DNA of 64,000 nt from Mobula hypostoma. Taxonomy: Eukaryota. Below the pieces are notes generated by a model. The model searched no databases, had not been told where the DNA came from, and worked only from the letters and a program-made list of their open reading frames with translations. Shown here one piece after another: positions 35,254-46,117 of the stretch; within the stretch, counting starts at the first letter, position 1; each line of letters starts with the position of its first letter. The stretch spans positions 181,910,001 to 181,974,000 of the forward strand of contig NC_086097.1 in the NCBI RefSeq assembly GCF_963921235.1, in the 5' to 3' direction. The translations under genes and the position numbers were made by a program.

Positions 35254-35332
35254 CAGGTGTTCCCAACCTTTTTATGCCATGGACCAATGCCATTAAGCAA
35301 GTGGTCTGTGGACCCCAGGTTGGGAACCCCTG
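35254..35332. mobile_element. hAT (Charlie-like) MITE, 79 bp
   Basis: 16-bp TIR caggtgttcccaacct / aggttgggaacccctg (one mismatch). The 8-bp flanks match at 5 of 8 positions. A decayed homolog sits at ~10413-10492. Confidence 0.7.
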
Positions 35333-35469
35333 GCTGATTAGAAGCTTTGGTGCCTTTTTTTTTTGGGTTAACTGCCCATCATCAGAGATGCCTGACTGTT
35401 TGATTTTTTTCTAGAGCTTTCTGTTTTTACGTCAGTATTCCAGCATCTGGAGTATTTTGCTTTGATGCT

Positions 35470-35557
35470 GATGTTTCAGCTGTAGTAGAAGAGGATGTCC
35501 AAAGGCAGATGTTTCAGCTGCAGTAGAAGAGGGTGTCCAAAGGCAGTAGTTTCAGCT
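35470..35557. repeat. 38-bp tandem duplication (~2.3 copies)
   Basis: gatgtttcagctg(t/c)agtagaagagg(a/g)tgtccaaaggca occurs at 35470 and 35508. Confidence 0.9.
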
Positions 35558-37013
35558 CTTGAGGTGCTGAGTGATGGGCATAGACACTGGCCCTGCCAGT
35601 CTTGCTAATATCTTGAGAATGAATTGGAAAGCAGGTAGAGCGAAGTGGATGCACAGATAGCATGTGTATGCAGAAACATTTGTATTAATTGTGAAACTCT
35701 TTGATGCTACAACTGATGGGTGAACTGAGAAGGGGCCAAATGGCCTAACTGACAGGCATCTTGTGAGCTAATTTTTTGGCTGAGCCCTTCTTAATACGGC
35801 AAGCCTCACTCACTTTCTTGTCTTTGTTCACCAGTTCACATGTTCGCCATCTGTGGATATGAGCTCTCTGCTTGCCACTAAGGCTGGCATCGCGTAGGCC
35901 TTCTGGCCAGCTGGTGTAACAAGCCTGTATTAACTGTAAGATTGTTGAAGATTCACTGTGTGATTAGTCACTCTACTTCTTAGTATTTAAATACTGCAAA
36001 TTAGGTTATGTAAGAGACTGCAGTGTGGGAGTATAGCTGAGCCTGAAGGATTTTAGTGTGAGAAAGTTATAAATGCCCGTTGTCTCCAATGATTGAACAA
36101 AACTTGGGGAGGGGCAGCAGGGGGGAGTAAAACTTCAAGAGTGCAGATTGAAGAAGATTTGATTTACTCCTCACCACCTGCACCTGTTGGGAGTCCCTGT
36201 GCCATTGCTCAAGAAAAATAGTCAGTCTGGCAGTTTCTTTCTACCTCCTCCTCCTGATCTGTGTGCGCGAACGGTCGGACCCACAGAGACACGCCTGCAC
36301 TTTTCTGTCCATTATTCCTGTGTGAACAAAGAATACTTATTTCCAGATGGTTAATTAATGAACGGAATGTGTAGTGAGCACTGTGACTGAGCATGTAATG
36401 AATGGCAGACTTTCCAACAATACCCAGAGTGGTTAAGACAAAAGTTAAATTTGTCATTGTTATTTCATGTGATGATGAGCTGTTGTTTTGGAAAAAAATA
36501 TAGAAAGATAAGAGTAAGAAATGTGTCTTGCCTTTGAGAATGGAAAGAAAGAAAATCTCAGGGCTGAGTTAACTGCTAATTGCCATGACCTCGGAAGTGT
36601 ATGCCTATCTATTTCAAGTTAAATTTCCATTTCTTATTTGTATTCATTTGAAGTCTCCAAATGTTGATGTTGGGTGAATAGAGGATTTGGAGCGGATTAT
36701 GTCCAACACTTGCTCATCTCTGATTCTGTGGGGAATATTATTGATGGAGGTACTAAAAGATTAAAAGTTTCAGTGCATTCCTAATATGCCATTCTTGGTT
36801 GTTTCTAATTTGCCCTCGTGTATTTCAATAGTCAAAACTTGGAAGCAATCTAAACTTATAAAGGAGGCAGTCAGGTAGGTCATAAGAATGGCACACACCT
36901 ACCATTTGTCTCTTAGTGAGGAGGACACTAACTTTTGATTTTTTTTAATGATCTGTGAGTAGAGTAGTGTTTTCCAGTTGTTCTTGTGGGTTGAAGATCT
37001 ACATATATTGTTA

Positions 37014-37352
37014 GAGTCCTTCCAGGTGAGGCGATACTTCACCTGTGAGTCGGCTGGGGTGATATACTGCATCCGGTGCTCCCGATGTGGCCTTCTATAT
37101 ATTGGCGAGACCCGACGCAGACTGGGAGACCGCTTTGCTGAACACCTACGCTCTGTCCACCAGAGAAAGCAGGATCTCCCTGTGGCCACACATTTTAATT
37201 CCACATCCCATTCCCATTCTGACATGTCTATCCACGGCCTCCTCTACTGTAAAGATGAAGCCGCACTCAGGTTGGAGGAACAACACCTTATATTCCGTCT
37301 GGTTAGCCTCCAACCTGATGGCATGAACACTGACTTCTCTAACTTCCGTTAA
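37014..37352 (+). CDS. GIY-YIG endonuclease domain of a Penelope-like element (C-terminal part of RT-EN ORF, no native start)
   Basis: VIY-x(CxxC)-YIG motif, catalytic Arg (GDRFAEH), conserved His residues, Glu and terminal GMN. No stops within the domain. Confidence 0.85.
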   Translation, partial: ESFQVRRYFTCESAGVIYCIRCSRCGLLYIGETRRRLGDRFAEHLRSVHQRKQDLPVATHFNSTSHSHSDMSIHGLLYCKDEAALRLEEQHLIFRLVSLQPDGMNTDFSNFR

Positions 37353-37643
37353 TGCCCCGCCTCCCCCTCGTACCCCATCCGTTATTTAATTTTATACACA
37401 TTCTTTCTCTCACTCTCCTTTTTCTCCCTCTGTCCCTCTGACTATACCCCTTGCCCATCCTCTGGGTTCCACCCCCACTTGTCTTTCTTCCCAGACCTCC
37501 TGTCCCATGATCCTTTCATATGCCCTTTGCCTGTCACCTGTCCAGCTCTTGGCTCCATCCCTCCCCCTCCTGTCTTCTCCTATCATTTTGGATCTCCCCC
37601 TCCCCCTCCCACTTTCAAATCTCTTACTAACTCTTCCTTCAGT

Positions 37644-37681
37644 TAGTCCTGACGAAAGGTCTCGGTCTGAAACGTCGACTG
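37644..37681 (+). ncRNA. Minimal type I hammerhead ribozyme, intact core, weak stem II
   Basis: tagtc CTGACGA aaggtctcggtct GAAA CGTC/gactg. Predicted cleavage after 37676. Confidence 0.75.
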
Positions 37682-39228
37682 TACCTCTTCCTAGAGATGC
37701 TGCCTGGCCTGCTGTGTTCACCAGCAACTTTGATGTGTGTTGCTAGACATTTGCTGAGGTCTTTTATGCAGTGCTTGCTGTGTTGAGCATTTGTGCATTG
37801 GTACCTTGACAGAATGCTTATTCTCTATCTGTCAGACTAGATGGTATTTGCTGTTTGGCCCTCTAGCCGAGGAAAGAAGTTCCAACACTGTGCTCTGGCA
37901 GCTAGTTTTGGTTTCCTTATGCAAAAAAAAATCTGCGACGGGGAACTCAGTAGGTCAGGCAGGGTCTGTGGAGGGAAATGTGCTCAACTTGCTTAGTTAT
38001 TCCAGCAGATTGTTTTTTGCTCCAGATCCCAGCATCTGCAGTGTCTTGTGTCATCATTTTGGCTTCCTCATCAATTTTCATTGTGATTTGAACCAGAGGA
38101 TGTCCTTCATTCCATTCTGTCTGCTAGTGCTGGTGTATCTAGTCTCATTTCCATGGCATAAAATATAATTTTATGTTCTATTTAAAATGGGTTCCATAGT
38201 AATTTTGTAATTAGTATTTGGGTCTCAAATGCTTCCTGAGATCGAGTATTCTCTATAGGAACAATCTTGCCATGATCATTCTCAAGGCTATTCATCATTT
38301 TCATGATCTCTACTTGCGTATTTGTTCTTTGGATGCCAAATTTGATGCTTAGCTGAAATTGTATGAAGAATCGGTTGTGTTTTGGTGTAAGGAATAAGCC
38401 ATTTAAGACTGACATGAGGAGAAAACCCTTGACTGATGATGATCCTTTGGAATTCTCTAACCAATGGAGACTTCTGATTTAATTCATTTAAGACAGAGGT
38501 TGACTGATTTCATAAAATCATACAGCACAGAAATGGACCCCGTTAGCCCACCTCGTCCATGCCGACAGCAATGCTAATCTATTTTAAACCCAACTCTCTG
38601 TATTAGGCCAGTATTATTGTTCTCCTTTCTTATCAAAATACCTGTTCAAATGCTTTTAAAACACTGCAATTGTATCTGCTTCCACCACCTTCTCTGATGG
38701 CTCATTCCAAATAACTTTCTGGAAGTTGTACGTATCTTTCTGTCTTGTCTTGTAGATGTATTTAGAATTTTGTAAGTATGTCTCTGTATTTATTTCAATA
38801 ACTCCACAAGGTAGTTAATTTCATGTTTTTACCACTCTCGTGGTAAAGAAGTTTTTGTAAATCTATGTTAAAAGTTTTACATAACTGCCTTTAATAATCT
38901 TGAATTCTGGTCATGCTTGCAAGTGGAAAAATATCATAACTGCAGCATAGGAGACCATTTGTGTCTGTATAAGACCATAGGACGTAAATGCAGAATTAGG
39001 CCATTCAGCACATCGAGTTTGCACCGCCATTCCATCATGGCAGATTTATTACCCCTCTCAACCCCATTGCCCTGCCTTCTCCCTGTTACCTTTGACACCT
39101 TGATTAATCAAGAACCTATCAACCTTGGCCGTAAATATACTCAAAGACTTGGCCTGCACAGCCATCTGTGACAAGGAATTCCACTGATTCACCACCTTCT
39201 GGCTAAAGCAGTTTTGCTCATCTCTGTT

Positions 39229-40231
39229 AGAAACATAGAAAATCTACAGCACAGTACAGGCCCTTTGGCCCACAAAGCTGTGCTGAACATGTCCCTACCT
39301 TAGAACTACCTCGGCTTTACCCATAGCCCTCTATTTTTCTAAGCTCCATGTGGCCATCCAGGAGTCTCTTAAAAGACCCTATCGTTTCCGTCTCCACCAC
39401 CACCGCCGAAGCTCATTCCACACACTTACCACTCTCTGTGTAAAAAAAAAACTTACCCCTGACATCTCCTCTGTACCTACTTCCAAGCACCTTAAAACTA
39501 TGCCCTTTCCTGCTAGCCATTTCAGCCCTGGGGAAAAGCCTTTGGCTATTCACATGATCAATGCCTCTCATTATCTTGTACCCCTGTATCAGGTCACCTC
39601 TCATCCTCTGTCGCTCCAAGGAGAAAAGGCCGAGTTCACTCAACTTATTCTCATAAGGCATGCTCCCCAATCCAGGCAACATCCTTGTAAATCTCCTCTG
39701 CACCCTTTCTATGGTTTCCACGTCCTTCCTATAGTGAGGCGACCAAAATTGAGCACAGTACTCCAAGTGGGGTCTGACCAGGGTCTTGTATAGCTGCAAC
39801 ATTACCTCTCAGCTCTTAATCCCATGATTGATGAAAGCCAATGCACCGTATGCTTTCTTAACCACAGAGTCAACCTGTGCAGCGGCTTTTACTGTCCTAT
39901 GGACTCAGACCCCAAGATCCTTCTGATCGTCCACACTGCCAAGAGTCTTACCATTAATACTATATTTTGCCGTCATATTTGACCTCCCAAAATGAACCAC
40001 TTCACACTTATCTGGGTTGAACTCCATCTGCCACTATAAATGTCCTGTTGTAACCTCTGACAGCCCTCCACACTAGCCACAACACCCCCAACCTTTGTGT
40101 CATCAGCAAATTTACTAACCCATCCCTCCGCTTCCTCACCAAGTTCATTTATAAAAATCACGAAGAGCAGGGATCCCAGAACACATCCCTGAGGCACACC
40201 ACTGGTCACCGTCCTCCATGTAGAACATGAA
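39229..40231 (-). mobile_element. Younger 5'-truncated CR1
   Basis: ORFs contain TSGVPQGCVLGSLLFVIFIN...SKFADDTK and LYKTLVRPHLEYCAQFWSP. Possible TSD ctgtt (39224-39228, 40232-40236). Confidence 0.92.
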
Positions 40232-40420
40232 CTGTTCTAAATGGATTTCCCTCTATTCTGAGCCTGTGCCCTTTGGCCCTATGTTCCCCCACTATCAGAA
40301 ACATCCTGTCCACATCCACTCTCTCTGGGCCTTTCAATATTCAATAGGTTTCAATGAGATCCCTAACTCATTTGTCTAAACTCCAGTCAGTACAGGCCCA
40401 GAGCCATCAAACTTTCTAAT

Positions 40421-40657
40421 GTTCAGAAGTTCATTTATTATTGAAGTATACAACTCTGAAATTCTTCAGTTCTCTGGGCAGCCATGAAACCAGAAAGAAA
40501 AGAAAAGCAGCGCGATCGTCAACACCCAAATCCCACCTCCTTGCAAAAAAACAGAAATGGAACTTGCACATTGACCTTCAAATCCCTGCTCCCGTGCAAA
40601 AACAAACAAAATGGATCAAGCATAAATCCCCCCCCCGCACAAAAAATACAGAACAAA
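40421..40657 (-). mobile_element. Fragment of the unclassified repeat also at 14496
   Basis: Shares gttca.aagtt..tttattat..aagtatacaactctga...cagttctctggg with 14498-14560. Confidence 0.6.
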
Positions 40658-41354
40658 ACCATTTTTCACACGTTAACTCTTTCATTCCTGGGACCACTTT
40701 TGTGAACCTCCTGTGTGCCCTCTCCAATGCCAGCCCATCTTTTCTGAGATAAAGGGTGCAAAACTGCTCTCAATACTCCAGTAGTGGTCTGACCAATGCC
40801 TTACAAAGCCTCAGCATTACATCCTTGCTTTTATATTCTAGTCCTCTTGAAACGAATGCTAACTTTGCATCTGTCTTCCTTACCACCGACTCAACCTGCA
40901 AGCTAATCTTTAGGGAACTTTGCACGAGGACTTCCAAGTGCCTTTGCACCTCTGATTTTTGAATTTTCTCCCAATTTAGAACATAGTTCACACATATATT
41001 CTGCACTATATTCCATCTGCCACATCTTTGCCCATTCGCCCAATCTGTCCAAGCACTTCTGCAGATATAGTGCTTTCTCAATGCTACCTGCCCCTTTACC
41101 TATATGGCCACAAAGCCATCAACTGCTTCATACAAATCATTGCCATATAATGTGAAAAGTAGTCCCAACATCAACCCCTGTAGCACACCACGAGTCAACA
41201 AGAAAAGGCCCCTTTATACCAACTGTTTTGCCTCCTGCCAGTCAGCCAATCTTCTGTCCATGCTAGTTTTTTAAGCAGCCACATGTATTTCACCTTGTCA
41301 AAGACTTCTGAAAATCCAAATAAACAAAATCCACTGTCTCTCCTTTGTCATTCC

Positions 41355-44275
41355 ATATAACCATTACAGCACGGAAACAGGCCATCTCAGCCCTTCTAGT
41401 CCGTGCCGAACTCTTACTCTCACCTAGTCCCACCGACCTGCACTCAGCCCATAACACTCCATTCCTTTCCTGTCCATATAGCTGTCCAATTTAACTTTAA
41501 ATGACAACATCGAACCTGCCTCAACCACTTCTGCTGGAAGCTCGTTCCACACAGCTACCACTCTCTGAGTAAAGAAGTTCCCCCTCATGTTACCCCTAAA
41601 CTTTTGCCCTTTAACTCTCAATTCATGTCCTCTTGTTTGAATCTCCCCCATTCTCAATGGAAAAAGCCTAGCCATGTCAACTCTATCTATCCCCCTCATA
41701 ATTTTAAATACTTCTATCAAGTCCCTCCTCAACCTTCTACATTCCAAAGAATAAAGACCCAACTTTTTCAACCTTTCTCTGTAACTTAGGTGATGAAACC
41801 CAGGCAACATTCTAGTAAATCTCCTCTGTACTCTCTCTAGTTTGTTGACATCTTTCCTATAATTTGGTGACCAAAATTGTACACAATACTCCAAATTTGG
41901 CCTCACCAATGCCTTGTACAATTTCAACATTACATCCCAACTCCTATACTCAATGCTTTGATTTATAAAGGCCAGCATACCAAAAGCTTTCTTCACCATC
42001 CTATCCACATGAGATTCCACCTTCAGGGAACTATGCACCATCCCTCTGTTCTACTGCATTCTTCAATGCCCTACCATTTACCATGTATGTCCTATTTTGA
42101 TTAGTCCTACCAAAATGTAGCACCTCACATTTATCAGCATTAAACTCCATCTGCCATCTTTCAGCCCGCCCTTCTAACTGGCCTAAATCTCTCTGCAAGC
42201 TTTGAAAACCTACTTCATTTTCCACAACTCCACCTATCTTAGTATCATCTGCATATTTACTCATACAATTTACCACCCCATCATCCAGATCATTCATGTA
42301 TATGACAAACAACATTGGACCCAGTACAGATCCCTGAGGCACACCACTAGTCACCAGCCTCCAATCTGACAAACAGTTATCCACCGCCACTCTCTGGCGT
42401 CTCCCATCCAGCCACTGCTGAATCCATTTTACAACTTCAATATTAATACCTAACGATTGAACCTTCCGAACCAACCTTCCATGTGGGACCTTGTCAAAGG
42501 CCTTACTGAAGTCCATATAGACAACATCCACCGCCTTACCTTTGTCAACTTTCCTAGTACAGGTTTCCCCCGCCATCCGAAGATAGAGCGTTCCTATGAA
42601 ACGGTTCGTAAGCTGAAATGTCGTAAAGTGAAGAAGCAATTACCATTTATTTATATGGGAAAAATTTGTGAGCGTTTGCAGACCCAAAAATAACCTACCA
42701 AATAACACATAAAACCTAAAATAACGGTAACATATAGTAAAAGCAGGAATAATATGATAAATACACAGCCTATATAAATTAGATATACTTCTCTACAACG
42801 ATTGCCTGCACTGTTCTCCTTAGCGAAAATCTCACGCAAGCGCTCTTGGCAAAAACACGGCGCAAGCGCTCTCGGCAGGAAATCTCACGCAAGCGCTGTT
42901 GGCAAAACGCTCTCTACAGTAACCTTTAGGCTATGAAGCTGCCAAATCATATCAAATAACACGTAAAAATACACAGCCGATATAAGCAGAAATAATGTAT
43001 GTACAGTGTAGTATCACTTACGGGAATTGGGAAGACAGCACAGAGCACACTGATGATGGTGTGTTAGGCTGAGTCATCACAGGTTGGGATAGTGCAGTGG
43101 CCCCCACCCTCTGGGCAGTGACCCGATACCGATCCGTGAAGATGCAGGGGTACAGCGGTAGCCGGGACGCACCCAACACATCTTTAAGAAAAAAGCCGAA
43201 ATTAACATGCAAATTAATTAGGTGCCGCCCGGCACGTAATTGACAGCCCAGATCAGAGGCGGAGTGTTTATTTCGGCTTTTTTCTTGAAGATGTGCTGTG
43301 TGCCTCCCGGCTACCGCTGCATTCTCCGCGAATCGGTATCTGTCCGGGGACTGGGGGTTGGGGTGGTGGGACACTGGGGTGTCATCTCATCGTCGTCTGT
43401 TTCCATTAGGGCAAGGAGCTCATCTTCTCCTATGACTGCCGGCCTCGATGTCGAAGGTCGAGGTTTGTCGTCTGCTGTGGCTGATGTGGAAGGCTTGCTT
43501 GACTGCTTAACCTCGCGAATTTTTCTATCATACAGTTCTTTGTAAGCACTCAAACCATCTTGCAAATATGCCCTAAACTGACGTACCCTTTCAAAATTAA
43601 AGTCGTACTTTATCATTGCAGCGAGAATCTCATGCAGTTGCTTCACGTTCAGTTCCTGGACGACTTCACCTTCGGACCGTTTGCTACTGTATTCGGTTTC
43701 AATTGTTATCCTTTCCTCTTCCAATTGCATCAGCTCTTCATCTATCAGTTCTTGGTCAGGAGATGCCAAAACCTCTTCAACATCATCTTCGTCAACTTCC
43801 ACAAGCCAAACTCACTTTGTCCTTACACGTTCACCACGATTGAAACGCTTAATTATGTCTAGTTTTACGCTAAGTGTAACACCCTTATGAGCTCTTTTAG
43901 GCTTTTCCGATACCTTAGAACTCATCTCGCAAACGACTGCTCACAGGCTCGTGTTTAAGCAACGCTGGCGAGAATGCCATTCCGAATCCAGGGAGAGCGG
44001 CTGCTCGGGGTGCGGGCTGCCTTTTATTGCGCGCTGATTTTTTTCGCGCGCTGCCTTTTTTCGTAACAGTGAAAACACCTTCTGTTAGCGAAAACAGGGA
44101 ACTAATGTAAGTCTTTCGTAACAGTGAGGTTTTGTAAAGCGAATGTTTGAAAAGCGGGGGACACCTGTAACCTCTTCAAAAAATTCAATAAGATTTGTCA
44201 AACGTGACCTTCCATGCACAAATCCATGTTGACTGTTCCTAATCAGACCCTGTCTATCCAGATAGTTATATATAC
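41355..44275 (-). mobile_element. Young 5'-truncated CR1 interrupted by Tigger
   Basis: Long ORFs at 41424-42041 and 42031-42557 (YMDFSKAFDKVPH, SGVPQGSVLGP, YADDTK). Removing the Tigger restores EFFEEVTRKVDKG. TSD cattcc (41349-41354, 44276-44281). Confidence 0.95.
42560..44167 (-). mobile_element. Internally deleted Tigger/pogo transposon
   Basis: TA TSD (42558-42559, 44168-44169) with termini caggtttcccccgc and gcgggggacacctg. The minus strand carries MSSKVSEKPKRAHKGVTLSVKLDIIKRF (HTH start, ATG at 43925) joined to the acidic C-terminal tail EVDEDDVEEVL...EELMQLEEE. The DDE domain is absent. Confidence 0.92.
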
Positions 44276-45613
44276 CATTCCTGCCTGTTGTTTCCTCAAA
44301 GGATTCCAACGGATTTGTCAGACAAGATTTCTCTTTAAGGAAACCATGCTGACTTTGGCCCGAAACCACATCCTCAATAATAGACTCCAACTACTGAAGT
44401 TGGGCTAACTGACCTATATTCTCCTTTCTTCTGCTTTCATCCCTTCTTAGAGCGGGGTGACATCTGCAATTTTCTAGTCCTCCAGAACCATTCCCTATTC
44501 TAGTAGTTCTTGAAAAATCCTTACTAAAGTCTCTAAAATCTCTTCAGCTGCCTTTCTCTCTACATCTAGGGTGTAGTCCATCTACTTTCAGAGTTTTCAA
44601 TTTCCGAACCACCTTCTTGGTAATAGCAATGACGCTGACTTCTGCCCCCGACACACTCAAATTTCTGGTATTCTGTTAGTGACTTCCAGTGTGAAGACTG
44701 CTGCAAAATACTTAATCAGTTTGTCCGCCATTTCTTTGTCCCCAATGACTTCCTCTCTAGTGTCATTATCCAGTGGTCTGAATTCCACTCTTTTACCCTT
44801 TATATATCTGTGAAAAAAACTTTTTGTATTCTCCTTTATATTATTGGTTCGCTTACTTTCATGTTCCATCTTTTTTCGCTTTATGGCATTTCTGTTGGTT
44901 TTGTAAAGCTTCCCAATCCTTTAACTTACCACTTTTTTTACTATATTATATGCTCTCTCTTCAGCTTTTATGCTGTCTTTAACTTTCCTTGTCACAATTG
45001 TCTCATCCACCCTTTAGAATACTCTTCGTCTTTGGAATGCATCTTTCCTGCTCCTTCCAAATTGCTTCCTGAAACTCCGGCCATTGCTGTTCTGTTAATA
45101 TGGGCGCTGCTAGTGTCCCATTTCAATTAACTTTGGCCAGTTCCTCTCTCACGCGTCTTTGATTCCCTTTGCTCCACTGTTATACTGATACATCTGACTT
45201 TATCTTTTCCTTCTGAAACTGCAGGGTGAATTCTATTATACGAGGGGTGATTGATAAGTTCGTGGCCTAAGGTAGAAGGAGTCAATTTTAGAAAACCTAG
45301 CACATCTATTTTTTGCTACATTTACACATTTAGTCCAGCGTTCGTGGAGCATACGGATCCCTTCTTTGTAGAAGTTGGCGTCTTGGACCTCCAGAAGTGG
45401 TCCACAGCAGGGGTGATTGATAAGTTCGTGGCCTAAGGTAGAAGGAGATGAGTTATTAACTTCAAACTTACTGCATTTTCACTCAAAGAGTTGAACTGCA
45501 CATGCATGTAACGAGAGCTGTATAACTCATCTCCTTCTACTCTAGGCCACAAACTTATCAATCACCCCTGCTGTGGACCACATGGAGGTCCAAGACACTG
45601 TCGTTATATGCAT

Positions 45614-46117
45614 ACAACAGGAATACTGCAGATGCTGGAAATTCAAGCAACGCACATAAAAGTTGCTGCAACCTGATGGCATCAATAGCCTCCAACCTGA
45701 TGGCATGAACATCGACTTCTCTAACTTCCGCTAAGGCCCCACCTCCCCCTCGTACCCCATCTGTTACTCATTTTTATGCACACATTCTTTCTCTCACTCT
45801 CCTTTTTATCCCTCTGTCCCTCTGAATATACCTCTTGCCCATCCTCTGGGTCCCCCCCCCCTTGTCTTTCTTCTGTCCCATGATCCTCTCGTATCCCCTT
45901 TTGCCAATCACCTGTCCAGCTCTTGGCTCTATCCCTCCCCCTCCTGTCTTCTCCTATCATTTTGTATCTCCCCCTCCCCCTCCAACTTTCAAATCCCTTA
46001 CTCACTCTTCCTTCAGTTAGTCCTGATGAAGGGTCTCGGCCTGAAACGTCGACTGCACCTCTTCCTAGAGATTTTGCCTGGCCTGCTGTGTTCACCAGCA
46101 ACTTTTATGTGTGTTGC
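45614..46117 (+). mobile_element. Penelope-like insertion with inverted 5' piece, nested in the MITE
   Basis: Perfect 13-bp TSD tcgttatatgcat (45601-45613, 46118-46130). An inverted tail at 45614-45668 is followed by the GIY-YIG end, UTR, hammerhead and tail. Confidence 0.92.
46018..46055 (+). ncRNA. Minimal type I hammerhead ribozyme, intact core
   Basis: tagtc CTGATGA agggtctcggcct GAAA CGTC/gactg. Helix I is tagtc:gactg. Predicted cleavage after 46050. Confidence 0.85.

Larger units (their letters stand above)
37014..37743 (+). mobile_element. 5'-truncated Penelope-like retroelement: GIY-YIG endonuclease, 3' UTR, hammerhead and terminal repeat
   Basis: Open frame FTCESAGVIYCIRCSRCGLLYIGETRRRLGDRFAEH...VATHFN...EEQHLIFRL..LQPDGMN, followed by the repeat unit found across the window. 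Confidence 0.95.

Noticed and set aside
43311..43802. Host acidic protein or domesticated TIGD gene
   Set aside because: It lies within TA-flanked TIRs and lacks the DNA-binding and DDE domains. It is a transposase tail remnant.
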